Virus record (IMG/VR): IMGVR_UViG_3300037400_002947
Location: 54,999 to 118,998 of that record
Length of the DNA stretch: 64,000 nt
Source of the DNA: a virus
Lineage: Duplodnaviria; Caudoviricetes
Reading direction: 5' to 3' (one strand)
Position 1 is the first letter of the stretch, and every line of letters starts with the position of its first letter. The translations under genes were made by a program, and so were the position numbers. Positions 1 to 9,670 of the stretch are shown here, in pieces. The notes beneath the pieces were generated by a model. It worked only from the letters and a program-made list of their open reading frames with translations. It had not been told where the DNA came from and searched no databases.

Positions 1-85
1 TAAGAAGCCAAAAAATCTTATTGTGCAACTTATCTTTATATTCGGAGAATTGTAAATCTCCGTACTTACCGTAAAGCGTTTTCAT
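1..85 (-). CDS. 5' part of a virion-morphogenesis-region hypothetical protein (runs off window)
   Basis: ATG at 85 overlaps the TGA of the upstream gene (ATGA); open frame MKTLYGKYGDLQFSEY... to the window edge. Confidence 0.6.
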   Translation of the reverse strand, partial: MKTLYGKYGDLQFSEYKDKLHNKIFWLL

Positions 86-576
86 GTGCGCCCCAGTATT
101 TTTGCGGACGCAGCCTTACCGTCAAGGTAGATATTGTTAAGGTATCCTCGGTCTGATGGTAAGCTTCTCATCTTTTTTTCTGAGTCATCGCGTAAACCGC
201 GAAGTTGAGCAAGATGGGCCGCTTGCGAATACCATTTTGTATCCGTCTCGCCAAAATGATTTACAATATTTGTAATACTATTTATCTTTGGCTCAGTCCA
301 GTTGTACACAATACCCCATGCAAGCAAGTCAATAACAAATTCCTTGTCGCTTACCTCATCAATGGAGTATCTCATCTCGAAAGAAACAACTTCTTCTTCC
401 TCGTCAATACTGACTTCAGAGAATACCTTGCGGACATGCGGATAGAACAGAGTTGCGCGGAGCCAGTTGCACATGAACTCCGCTACAAAATCTGAACTTT
501 CAATATCTAACAAATCGTATGCCTCGACCTTTGTATAAAAACGAGAATAAATCTCATCAAAACTTATTGAGGTCAT
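82..576 (-). CDS. Putative head-completion/head-tail connector protein
   Basis: 164 aa, GGAGG RBS, second gene after the major capsid gene; function inferred from position only. Confidence 0.5.
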   Translation of the reverse strand: MTSISFDEIYSRFYTKVEAYDLLDIESSDFVAEFMCNWLRATLFYPHVRKVFSEVSIDEEEEVVSFEMRYSIDEVSDKEFVIDLLAWGIVYNWTEPKINSITNIVNHFGETDTKWYSQAAHLAQLRGLRDDSEKKMRSLPSDRGYLNNIYLDGKAASAKILGRT

Positions 577-590
577 TTGGCATCCTCCAA

Positions 591-1115
591 TTACTGCGTC
601 ATCTTTAAAAGCATTTGTGTGCCGAAGATTTCGTCGAGAGCCTTAATACGCTGAATCGAATCAAGAACACCGTCTTCGATTTCGCGGCAAGCGATGTCCC
701 TAATGGCTTCTTTTGCGCCAAGCGGGAGAGACTCGATAGCTTCCTTCATCTTCGATGCCGGATATGTCAATATAGCGCGAAGATCGGCAGGAGAGTAGAG
801 GTCTCCATAAATCTTCTCAAGTTCTTTGTGTTCAGCAAGGAAATCCTTGTCCTGAATTACAAAGCGAGGCTTATAGACACAGGGCTTTCTGGAACGAATG
901 AAACTTTTAAGGTCGCGATATTCAACCTCTGTTTCATCGCCAAAGTCTATCCAACGATAGAGATTTTCGCTCTTGTCACCGACCACCAGAAGCTTGCCGT
1001 ACGTGATAGACACACAAGGTATCATGTCGGTATCTTTAAATACTTTCTTTGTAGGCTTCTTTTCTGCAACTACTTCTTCAACTTCAGTTGCTTTTTTTGT
1101 TGTATTAGTAGGCAT
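591..1115 (-). CDS. Virion-region hypothetical protein (position of SPbeta yonA)
   Basis: 174 aa, AAGGAG RBS, directly after the capsid gene. Confidence 0.55.
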   Translation of the reverse strand: MPTNTTKKATEVEEVVAEKKPTKKVFKDTDMIPCVSITYGKLLVVGDKSENLYRWIDFGDETEVEYRDLKSFIRSRKPCVYKPRFVIQDKDFLAEHKELEKIYGDLYSPADLRAILTYPASKMKEAIESLPLGAKEAIRDIACREIEDGVLDSIQRIKALDEIFGTQMLLKMTQ

Positions 1116-1147
1116 TTTGCAATTCTCCTTTTATTCCAAAGATTAGA

Positions 1148-2263
1148 TTATTCCAGCGTCCATTCGCCGAAGTACTGTCCAAGAACAGTCGCAACGCCGT
1201 AAGCCATCTGAACTTCGTGAGTCTGGAAGTCATCCTTGAGATCGTGCTTCTCAGTAATGTCATAGATAGCCGTCTCGCCTTCATGAACGAGTTTGACAAA
1301 TTTATCATCGGTCATCGGAACAATGAGAAGTTTGTCGTTCGGGATAAGCTTGTCAAAAGAACCGTCGAGTTTCAGGCGCTGCGGGACTTCAATAAGGCGC
1401 GTGCCTTCATACATGCCGAGGCGTCCAGTCTCTGATACGGATTCTTTCTGATCAGGAGTAGCCCAATCAACATCGGCCAGACCAGTAATCTTCTTCAGAG
1501 CGGTCTTCGTACCCATAACTGCGACATCGCTGTCGTTGACAATGCTGACTTCTTCAATAAGTGCATCGAAATCTTCCTTGGTGGAAGCACTAAGGGCACC
1601 AGTATCCTTGAAGTTAGACGGAAGGTCATCAGCAGCATCATAAACAGCTGCAAACACTTCTTCCTTGATGTCGCGAACGAATGCTTCGGAAACCTTTGCT
1701 ACCCAATCAGAATAATTGATACGACCAAGAACGATAAGATCAATATCTTTACCAATCTTGATGGCATGATTCTTCATCTGAACCGGGAATGTTTCACCTT
1801 CGCCAAGCTGCTGCATCGTGACATCGTGATGGTCGCCAGACACATCGCCAACGATGAAATACTGTCTTGCCGCTGAATAAAACTCGATGGAGTCGCCAAG
1901 AGCAATGTTACGCTCTTCAACAAACTGATCGAACCATTCAGAATTCTGGAATCCTTCATTAATGCGGAAGATGATGTCTTCTTCAATCAGTTCGTAAAGC
2001 TCGGCGCCGTGCAGTTTCTGCGCACGTTCGCGTTTCTTCTTGGAACGAAGGTCGTCTTCAGAAAGACCAAGAACTTCCATAAAGATTTTGCGGATTGCTT
2101 CGTTTGCCTGACGCTTCGTAACCTGACGCTCATTACCGTTGTCGTCAAGTTCATAGATAGCGTTGCCGCGAACAAGGTTAGAGGCTACGCTTCTGAAATT
2201 ATCGTATTTATTTTCCTCTGCAAAGATATTGCGGAGATATTCAGTTGAGAAAACTTTAAGCAT
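1148..2263 (-). CDS. Major capsid protein
   Basis: 371 aa, strong AAGGAGG RBS, position after protease/scaffold and accessory head gene; HK97-like C-terminal pattern (VMGTKTAL...GRLGMYEGTRLIEVPQ). Confidence 0.8.
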   Translation of the reverse strand: MLKVFSTEYLRNIFAEENKYDNFRSVASNLVRGNAIYELDDNGNERQVTKRQANEAIRKIFMEVLGLSEDDLRSKKKRERAQKLHGAELYELIEEDIIFRINEGFQNSEWFDQFVEERNIALGDSIEFYSAARQYFIVGDVSGDHHDVTMQQLGEGETFPVQMKNHAIKIGKDIDLIVLGRINYSDWVAKVSEAFVRDIKEEVFAAVYDAADDLPSNFKDTGALSASTKEDFDALIEEVSIVNDSDVAVMGTKTALKKITGLADVDWATPDQKESVSETGRLGMYEGTRLIEVPQRLKLDGSFDKLIPNDKLLIVPMTDDKFVKLVHEGETAIYDITEKHDLKDDFQTHEVQMAYGVATVLGQYFGEWTLE

Positions 2264-2289
2264 GATTTTTATCCTCCTTCCTTATAAAA

Positions 2290-2775
2290 TTACGAACCAA
2301 TGGTCATCTTCTTAGAAGAGACGCCAGTGATAGCTTTTCCAGCAGCCGGATTACCGTTGAAGTTGCTTGCGGAAACTTCGATTCTGTCGAATTTGGACAG
2401 GACATAGCAACGAACGATGTCGCCTGCTTTGTTGTAGAAAGCTTTTTCCTGAAGCAGTTCGCGCGGAGATTCATACGGTGTAAGCGGTTTCTGATAAACA
2501 AGAAGAGCATCGCCCGGGTTCGTTACGAGAACGAGCCAGTTGCCATTCGGCATCTGTTGTTCAATAACGCCAGTAAAAGTAGTAACAGCAGCTTCATCAA
2601 AAACATCGAAGTCCGCCCATTTCTTTGAAACGTCAGCTGCAACAAGCATGCCGTTATCCGTGTTTGATGCAAGTTTAACGTTCAGAATGTGGTTGCCATA
2701 TTCCTGCGCCAGAGTATTAGACGGGAAACCAGTACCATGTTCGCTAATGGCCCAGTTAATAGACATATAAGCCAT
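2290..2775 (-). CDS. Head decoration/accessory capsid protein
   Basis: Likely start ATG 2775 (MAYMSIN) after GGAGG; lies between scaffold and capsid genes (SPbeta yonC position). Confidence 0.6.
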   Translation of the reverse strand: MAYMSINWAISEHGTGFPSNTLAQEYGNHILNVKLASNTDNGMLVAADVSKKWADFDVFDEAAVTTFTGVIEQQMPNGNWLVLVTNPGDALLVYQKPLTPYESPRELLQEKAFYNKAGDIVRCYVLSKFDRIEVSASNFNGNPAAGKAITGVSSKKMTIGS

Positions 2776-2805
2776 AATTGTTATTCCTCCTATATATTTT
2801 TGTGC

Positions 2806-2832
2806 AATAAAAAAGAGCCTATGCACAGGCCC
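2806..2832 (-). terminator. Intrinsic terminator after the protease/scaffold gene
   Basis: Minus strand GGGCCT-GTGCAT-AGGCTC hairpin followed by TTTTTTATT. Confidence 0.7.
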
Positions 2833-2836
2833 GTAA

Positions 2837-4420
2837 TTATTTTACGATTCCATCAAATAAAGAACCGTACCGTTTAGTTTTCTTTGCATTCGGCGCAAGC
2901 GGTTTAACACTAGCACCTTTCTTGCCTTGTTCCGACAGAGAGAACTTATGCGCCTTTGCGGCGTTTGTAAGAATCTCGTCCGCTCGTTTCGTCACTTCTT
3001 CAACAGAAAGATTAAAATGATTCTTTTGCTCCATAAGACTTTGGAATTCTTCACTGTCAGCAACTAAAGAATAGTCGTCAGAATTCAGAATTTCCATCTT
3101 TTGCGGCTCTGCCTCATATTTTGCAAGCTTGTCCGCATTGTCATCATATGTTGACTTCATTCTATCAAGCTTGGCAATTTCATCAGAAGTAAGCCATCGA
3201 GCAAAAACTTCAACACGGTCTCCAGTGAGTGTGTACGCATCGTTCTTAACCTTGAAAGACTGTTTGTAACCTTTGTTGTTGTACCAGTCAATCATGATTA
3301 CGTATCTGTCCTCATCATACACGGTAACTTCGTACCAAGTCCCATCATCTGCATATGTATCGTTGACCAGTTGATAAAGGGCGTTAATCTTGTCCTGAAG
3401 GGACACGCTCATATTTACCGTTCTATCGTTGAATGTAACAGAATAATTTACGGCAAACTGTTCACCTTCGTCTTCGGAATCTTCTTCGTCATCGTCGTTA
3501 GAGTCAAAATCTTCTTCGTCTTCCGGTTTCGCTTGACCTTCTTCATCCGGATCGTCGCCTTCGTCCGGATCACCTTCGGAAGACCCGAACACCTCTTCGA
3601 ACTTCGCCTCCAGCTCTTCGTCGGAAAGTCCTTCGTAATCGAAGTCAACTTCCTCGGCCGTCTTGCCATACTTTTCAAGAAGTTCTGCAAACTTGTCCAT
3701 TGCGGTATTTCCTCCTTCCTTAGATTTTTGGTCGCCCATAAGAGCAGTATAGTTATTGAGCGCCTCTGTCAGTTCGCTCATTACTATCATTAACTGAGAC
3801 TGAATATTGTCACCCTCTGTAGAAAACATTTGAGCATTCGCGCCTTGCATACCTGGGCGTATATCGTCACCAAGCAAGGTTACTCCAGACATACGCATCT
3901 TCCCGACTTCTATCACCTGAGTTTGTGCATTGACAGACAATTCGTCACAATAAATCTCAGCTGACACGTCTGTAATTCCGCCCTTTGCCTCAAGGATGTC
4001 AGCCGCGTAGCCGCCGTATTCACGATAGAGATAACCGTCGACGTATACATAGTCGACGCCTCTTTCGTCGTCACGTACGATTTCAAAATTGTTTGTCTCA
4101 GGAATAATTCCGACGACGCGTTCTTCATAAATCATCTTCTGTTCACCGGGATGCATCAGGTCTTCCTCAAGATGCATGTCGTGCGAGTGATAGTCTAAAA
4201 TTATATTTCCGTCTTCGTCTTCATAGGAAACAACGGTCGCCAAAATCGGAATGTTTGCAAATGTGTTCTTTGCGTCACGAATGACTTTGGTTGAGAATGA
4301 TGACTTGTTGCGGTTTTCTCCAGAATGCATAACTGCAATTCTGACTTTCATATAACGCTCATCGTCAAAAGCATTATCAACCTTGAACAGAGAGGGAGTA
4401 TGGATTATGAGTTTTTCCAT
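2837..4420 (-). CDS. Prohead protease/scaffold protein
   Basis: 527 aa; N-terminal HSGENRNKS, VSAEI and SGVTLLG motifs typical of phage head proteases; acidic linker and helical C-terminal scaffold. Confidence 0.7.
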   Translation of the reverse strand: MEKLIIHTPSLFKVDNAFDDERYMKVRIAVMHSGENRNKSSFSTKVIRDAKNTFANIPILATVVSYEDEDGNIILDYHSHDMHLEEDLMHPGEQKMIYEERVVGIIPETNNFEIVRDDERGVDYVYVDGYLYREYGGYAADILEAKGGITDVSAEIYCDELSVNAQTQVIEVGKMRMSGVTLLGDDIRPGMQGANAQMFSTEGDNIQSQLMIVMSELTEALNNYTALMGDQKSKEGGNTAMDKFAELLEKYGKTAEEVDFDYEGLSDEELEAKFEEVFGSSEGDPDEGDDPDEEGQAKPEDEEDFDSNDDDEEDSEDEGEQFAVNYSVTFNDRTVNMSVSLQDKINALYQLVNDTYADDGTWYEVTVYDEDRYVIMIDWYNNKGYKQSFKVKNDAYTLTGDRVEVFARWLTSDEIAKLDRMKSTYDDNADKLAKYEAEPQKMEILNSDDYSLVADSEEFQSLMEQKNHFNLSVEEVTKRADEILTNAAKAHKFSLSEQGKKGASVKPLAPNAKKTKRYGSLFDGIVK

Positions 4421-4432
4421 ATATTTCCTCCA

Positions 4433-4609
4433 TCAGATTTCTATTTTATTTGTATACACTAATCCTTTTGTTTGCTCGAAGCCCTGTGGCTTGTTGACAT
4501 CGTTAATAAATGTAGTAACGCCATTTTCTTCGGAGTAAACAATAAAGCCAAGCTTTTTCAGCTTGGCCGCAGACTCCGGATCGGAGCATCGTATAAACGT
4601 TTTATTCAT
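4433..4609 (-). CDS. Small hypothetical protein (58 aa, below the ORF-track cutoff)
   Basis: AGGTGAG RBS; ORF MNKTFIRCSDPES...NKIEI fills the portal-protease gap. Confidence 0.7.
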   Translation of the reverse strand: MNKTFIRCSDPESAAKLKKLGFIVYSEENGVTTFINDVNKPQGFEQTKGLVYTNKIEI

Positions 4610-4620
4610 TTTTGCTCACC

Positions 4621-6174
4621 TTAATTCATGTTATCAATCTTGTCTCTTGAAGCCTCGCCGTCATCAGTAAGGCTCGAATCGTCAGACTTCGGTCTGCCAG
4701 AGGTATTATTGGAAGACGTATAACTCGAACGAAGTGGGGTAACAAACTTGTCGCCAAGCTTGAGAATCCCGTCCTCAAGATGATTTAGGCTAAGAGAATC
4801 TAATTCAGTCAGACCACTAAGAGCCAACACAGCAAGCTTAGTAGGAAGAGAGTACTGCGCATTTTCAAGCAGTTCCTTTCTTACATCTTCTCGGTTAAGT
4901 CGTCCAACATGGTAGAAATGAATCTTACTCGGATTTGATACTTCAAATCCAACAACACGATTGAACCACCCCTCGATTTGTGGCAGAAGGTTCGAGATTG
5001 CAAATTCAGTATCAGCAAGAATCGCCGCTTTGAACGCCGTCGTTCCAGATACTTCAGCCGAATTCAAAATCTGCGCACCGCCAGAAGTGTTTAGAACAGA
5101 CTTAGTTGCTTTCAACACTTTGTTGGTTTCGTTTGTTTTGTCCGAACTTGAAAAGTCAATTACTCCGAGATCTTCACTCCCAGGAACAATTGCAGCGGAA
5201 GCGTATGATGGAAGTGCTTCTTCGACCATGCGGTTAAAATACTCAACTGCAACATCCGGCGAAACTTCGTAGTCGTCCGGCACCTTCGTTCCGGTAAGCG
5301 TCTTAAGCTTCATGTAAACAAGTTTGTAAATCTCAAGCTTGTCTGCAATTGCTTGGACATCTCCAATGTCATTAAGATTAATCAAATCACAGAGTAAGCC
5401 GCTGAACGGCGGCATAATAGTTGCCCAATCGTCGTTGCGATATTTAAAGCAGGCTGCATATTCATCGGGAACGCGTTGCCATCTTGCCTTGATAGTTTTT
5501 CCCTGGCGCTCATATTCACGCCACATTGACGTGAATGGTTCGCCCCATTCTTCAAGAAGATATGCGCGCTGACCAGTAAAGTAATCCATTGAAATACTAA
5601 ACGCAAAATCGCCAGTAGGATACTGACCATATATCCGACAGTACTCAGGCGGTAGTGCCAAGAAAAACAATCCGGTTTCATCGTAATAGGCTATATTGTA
5701 GCTTACGTCTTGAATAAAACACGTTTTAATAACTTTAAGAAATTCATTCTGAATATTCCATTTGTTAATCAGCTTAACAGTGTCATTATACGATTTAAGA
5801 ATCTTATCATCACTGTCCGGATTAACGAGGTCGTAAGTAGGAATCACAGAACGAGCTTCTAGACAAAACAGAGTAGAGAAGTAGTGGATTATTCTCTGGT
5901 ATATCTGGTTGCGATAATAAATGTACCAACTTGCATTACGAATATTATTCTCGTTTACAGATGGGTTCTGTAAAAACGTTACAATCCTATCTTTTGTGAT
6001 AGAATCAATCCTTTTATTAATTGATGAAGATTTTGTAATATCTCGTAAAGCAAGAAGAGGATTGTGAGAAGCGGCGTATTTACTTAGCTGCTCCTCATGT
6101 GTTTCAATCCATTGCTGCATTTCAGCAGCGGTCATTTTCTTAGGTGCAAGAGCACCAGTGCTTTCTTGTGCCAT
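4621..6174 (-). CDS. Portal protein
   Basis: ~517 aa directly after the terminase large subunit; C-terminal SSYTSS...GRP tail typical of portals; start ATG 6174 by RBS spacing. Confidence 0.8.
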   Translation of the reverse strand: MAQESTGALAPKKMTAAEMQQWIETHEEQLSKYAASHNPLLALRDITKSSSINKRIDSITKDRIVTFLQNPSVNENNIRNASWYIYYRNQIYQRIIHYFSTLFCLEARSVIPTYDLVNPDSDDKILKSYNDTVKLINKWNIQNEFLKVIKTCFIQDVSYNIAYYDETGLFFLALPPEYCRIYGQYPTGDFAFSISMDYFTGQRAYLLEEWGEPFTSMWREYERQGKTIKARWQRVPDEYAACFKYRNDDWATIMPPFSGLLCDLINLNDIGDVQAIADKLEIYKLVYMKLKTLTGTKVPDDYEVSPDVAVEYFNRMVEEALPSYASAAIVPGSEDLGVIDFSSSDKTNETNKVLKATKSVLNTSGGAQILNSAEVSGTTAFKAAILADTEFAISNLLPQIEGWFNRVVGFEVSNPSKIHFYHVGRLNREDVRKELLENAQYSLPTKLAVLALSGLTELDSLSLNHLEDGILKLGDKFVTPLRSSYTSSNNTSGRPKSDDSSLTDDGEASRDKIDNMN

Positions 6175-6186
6175 TCGCACCTCCCA

Positions 6187-8217
6187 TTATATAGTTTTTC
6201 CGCCGTATGAGCCGCGGCGAATAGTTAATTGTTGCACCAAAGACTTGGAGTTGGTCTTTGGCTTTTGATTGAGAAGAAGTTTGCGCCGCTCTTGTGCAAG
6301 GCCGTAACTGGCCATTGCCAATGTATAACTGCGGTCGTCGTGTAGAACATGCTCTTTTTCAGGAGTGAGTTCAAAGCTATCTCTACCAGAGTCGCGCTTC
6401 TTTCGAATCATGTTCACGACCTCTTCCTTCATGGCGTCTATATTTGCAAGAGCCAACTCTTCTTGCCAAGTGAGCCTAATAGTCCTTGTATTAACCGACT
6501 GGACCTTCCCTAGCTCTTCTTTGAGCTGCTCTTCAAATTGTTCCTGATTCAGTTTCTTCTTTTTGAGTTCAGCAGAAATTCTTTCTCGCTCCTCATCAAG
6601 TAGCTTCTGATCTATATCAAAGACGGTAAGATATTGTTTGTTATCATATGTAGCCGTAAAACTAATCTTGTCCTGATTGAGCATTTCAATCATTGCTTCA
6701 TAAATAATAGATTTATAACCAGATGGAGAGAGAAGTCTAACCTTATCTACTGCGTTTGGAAACCTCGAAACATATTCGGAAGAATACTCTTTATCTATGA
6801 GTCCTCTATGAACAATGCCGTCGGCAGTTTCCCAATCTTGCATCAGGTAGTCTGCAATATTGACGCCGCCTCCGCCAGAACCAGCATCAATATAGACTCC
6901 AAGAATATTGCCATAAGCATCCGCTCCACCATTGTAGTCAAGTATCATCTGCTTAAGGTATTTAATCTGGTCTGGCGTTTGCATAGGAGATTTCGTCTTC
7001 TTACCAACGTCCATCAAATTGACACAGTTTACAATTCTGGCACGAAGATCTTCGCTGCCATCGACCTGTGTTACACTATACACCTCAAACACGGTGATTA
7101 CGGAGTTATCCATGCTTCTAGCCGGATCGTATGCCAGTATAAACTTCTTATCACCAGTATCATTATATAAAAGAGGTTTTCGAGTTTCTTCGTTTCTTGT
7201 AATAACACCGCGCTTAACAATGGCGTTGGTCCCGGCCTCAGTTGTGAATATACAATAATATTCTCTACGAGCCTTCTCAGGGTTGATTCTCATTTCTGAT
7301 TCCACCTGAGACTTTTGTAGAAGAGGAGCAATCACTTCTCCGTGTAGAGTCGGATGAAACGCTTGTTCGCAGTCAATATGAAGCACGCAATAATCAGGAT
7401 CTCCCTCGATTTGCTTTTTGGCGAAATCTCTATACAATTTAAAAAAGCGCATGTCCACAGAACTTGCGCTTCCTATATAAAACTTTTGGTTTGGAACATC
7501 AGTAGCGAAAGTGCGCTGTCTAATAGGATCAATTGATTTGCCAGAAGCATCTTTACCAGTACGCAGGTTTTTGTCGACGATGGCAAACGCACTGTAAACG
7601 TTCATCATCTCGTCTGAGAGATGCTGCGCCTCATCAAATATTACAGAGCCGCGCATTCCGCGCTTTTTGTCTATGTTGGAGTTCAATGTCCACGTAGCAC
7701 TTCCATTATAGCAGGAATACGTAAAGCCATTTGAGCCATGACTGAAACCATCTCCGGCAGCGTTCTTTATCTCGACTTCGTCCTTGAATATTTTTCCGGT
7801 CGACCCTTGAAACGTATCTATGTTATCATTGGCGAGTCTCTCAAGCGTCGTAAAGGTTTGCTCCGCCTGAGAGCCAGATCCGCTTGCAATATAACTCCAA
7901 AGATTGCACCACAGCATGTCCTTGCTCATTGTCTCTAGACCTATGACTGTCGACTTGCCGTAACCACGAGCACAGCACACAAGAACATTAGGACAATTCC
8001 AGGAGCGCTGAACAATCAGAGCTTGTCCATCAAGCAACTCGATATTAAACATGATGTCAATAAAACGAATCGGATTGCACTGAAAATATCTCTGGAGATT
8101 CGCAATGCTGACTAGAGAATCAATTTTTTTACTAGACATAATATAGTCTACAGGCTTAATAAAGACTCCATAGTCATTATAGAATTCCTCATCATAAGGA
8201 AGAATTATCTGACTCAT
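6187..8217 (-). CDS. terL: Terminase large subunit
   Basis: Walker A ARGYGKST, Walker B VIFDEA, nuclease motifs YDPARS and HDDRSY. Confidence 0.9.
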   Translation of the reverse strand: MSQIILPYDEEFYNDYGVFIKPVDYIMSSKKIDSLVSIANLQRYFQCNPIRFIDIMFNIELLDGQALIVQRSWNCPNVLVCCARGYGKSTVIGLETMSKDMLWCNLWSYIASGSGSQAEQTFTTLERLANDNIDTFQGSTGKIFKDEVEIKNAAGDGFSHGSNGFTYSCYNGSATWTLNSNIDKKRGMRGSVIFDEAQHLSDEMMNVYSAFAIVDKNLRTGKDASGKSIDPIRQRTFATDVPNQKFYIGSASSVDMRFFKLYRDFAKKQIEGDPDYCVLHIDCEQAFHPTLHGEVIAPLLQKSQVESEMRINPEKARREYYCIFTTEAGTNAIVKRGVITRNEETRKPLLYNDTGDKKFILAYDPARSMDNSVITVFEVYSVTQVDGSEDLRARIVNCVNLMDVGKKTKSPMQTPDQIKYLKQMILDYNGGADAYGNILGVYIDAGSGGGGVNIADYLMQDWETADGIVHRGLIDKEYSSEYVSRFPNAVDKVRLLSPSGYKSIIYEAMIEMLNQDKISFTATYDNKQYLTVFDIDQKLLDEERERISAELKKKKLNQEQFEEQLKEELGKVQSVNTRTIRLTWQEELALANIDAMKEEVVNMIRKKRDSGRDSFELTPEKEHVLHDDRSYTLAMASYGLAQERRKLLLNQKPKTNSKSLVQQLTIRRGSYGGKTI

Positions 8218-9493
8218 AGTCATTCTCCTCCTCGCCAGTAAATTCTATATCTCCGCTAAATACGGAATACAAGTCTCTAAGATTCTTAAGACTACCTTTT
8301 GGTTTGATTCCCTTTTCATCAAGATAGTCTTTAAGGTCAAGATTTTCTTTAAGTAGAATACGATTGATCTCTTTATAACTATCCTTCTCTTTGCGTAACC
8401 GCTGATTGGTCTCGCGCATGTTCGCAACAATGTCAGACCATTCCGATTCGTCAAGGGCAAGCTGTTTCATAATGGATGCGTCGCTGATTTCCTGCACCTG
8501 CTGCATTCCTTTGCAAGTAGCAACATCAAACCCATTCATCTCGCCTTCGCGAAGATTCAGATCTTTAATACGTTTAATTTTTCCAGTCCAGGTGTTCTCG
8601 CCTTTAACCTGACGTTTACTATTTTTTAAGCTTAGACAACTTTCCGCCGCAAGATTAGTAATCATACTTGTGATTTTCTGTTTAGAATCTTGCAGAGACT
8701 TGATGGTAGCAGAGTTGTCCTGCACCTCGTTTATATTCCCCATCAGTTTTGCCATCGTATCATCAATTTTCTGAAGCTGTAAAAAACCTCTGACAATCTG
8801 AATAGCAGAAGAGACGCGCATCATATCATCGTTGGCGTCTTCAGAAGCGTCCAGCATTCCAAGAAGCTGAGAGTATAAGAATGGCTGATCGCTGACTGGC
8901 TCTTTTTCAAACGGGTCATAGTCAAGCAGACGAATAACGTCTTCTTTATTCTTTATATAACTATCATACGTATCCATTCCGGCGTGTTCTTCGACTATCT
9001 CCTGTTCGGTTTTTTCATCCTCGTATTTAATCCGAACTTTAAACATGTCGGAATCTTTCCAACCAAGACCGTTGTATTGCCCCATTTGGATATTTTTCAT
9101 ATAGGCTCTATAGGCATTGGTCTTGACCTTGCCAGATGCCAGATTTTCACTTTCCTGAATACTTGCATTCCATACCGTCTCAATAAACGGCTTATCCAAA
9201 TATCTTAGGGCGAGCTGTGCAGATTCTTTGGTCGGCTCGTGAGAGTCACCAAACTTATCAACACGCTCCGCAATCTTTCGAGCGCATTCTTTACAAATCG
9301 GAGTAACGCCACCTTTGCACATAGGATCGGTACTCACATAAAACTTTGACCTATCCTTGATAGAATCGCACATCCGACAGTAAGCGCTTTCCTTCAGTTT
9401 CGCAATTTCCTCACGCATCTTTACGTTTTCGGCGCGAATCTGCGCAATCGGAACCTTCTTATCAGTGATAGGCTCTATTTTTTTTGTAGCCAT
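8192..9493 (-). CDS. Putative terminase small subunit with N-terminal Zn finger
   Basis: Start ATG 9493 (MATKKIEP) after AAGGAG; CxxC...CxxC near the N-terminus; immediately upstream of terL (SPbeta yonG position). Confidence 0.6.
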   Translation of the reverse strand: MATKKIEPITDKKVPIAQIRAENVKMREEIAKLKESAYCRMCDSIKDRSKFYVSTDPMCKGGVTPICKECARKIAERVDKFGDSHEPTKESAQLALRYLDKPFIETVWNASIQESENLASGKVKTNAYRAYMKNIQMGQYNGLGWKDSDMFKVRIKYEDEKTEQEIVEEHAGMDTYDSYIKNKEDVIRLLDYDPFEKEPVSDQPFLYSQLLGMLDASEDANDDMMRVSSAIQIVRGFLQLQKIDDTMAKLMGNINEVQDNSATIKSLQDSKQKITSMITNLAAESCLSLKNSKRQVKGENTWTGKIKRIKDLNLREGEMNGFDVATCKGMQQVQEISDASIMKQLALDESEWSDIVANMRETNQRLRKEKDSYKEINRILLKENLDLKDYLDEKGIKPKGSLKNLRDLYSVFSGDIEFTGEEENDYESDNSSL

Positions 9494-9519
9494 ATCATCT
9501 TTCTCCTTTTCTTTCCAAT

Positions 9520-9596
9520 TGCCCGCGGCAGGATTTGAACCTGTGAACCCCCGCTTTAGAAGGCGGTGCTCTAGACCGAACTGAGCTACGTCGGGC
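9520..9596 (-). tRNA. Atypical tRNA (Arg-TCT-like; 8-nt anticodon loop CTTCTAAA), possibly pseudo
   Basis: TAGCTCAGTTCGGTCTAGAGC D-arm, CAGG-TTCAAAT-CCTG T-arm, acceptor GCCCGACG/CGCGGGC with one bulge; no encoded CCA. Confidence 0.75.
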
Positions 9597-9670
9597 ACAT
9601 AGACCTGTCGCCATAATGGCACTCTAGGGTGGCAGGTAACCCTTTCCGGTTTAGTAGCTCCGGCAAGCTT

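Noticed and set aside
9520-9596. Genome-wide TAG recoding suggested by a possible CUA anticodon
   Set aside because: Long genes are intact under the standard code and TAG ends genes at sensible boundaries (16723, 48447, 54719).
9494-9622. N-terminal extension of the 476-aa ORF
   Set aside because: It runs through the tRNA; ATG 9493 has a proper RBS.
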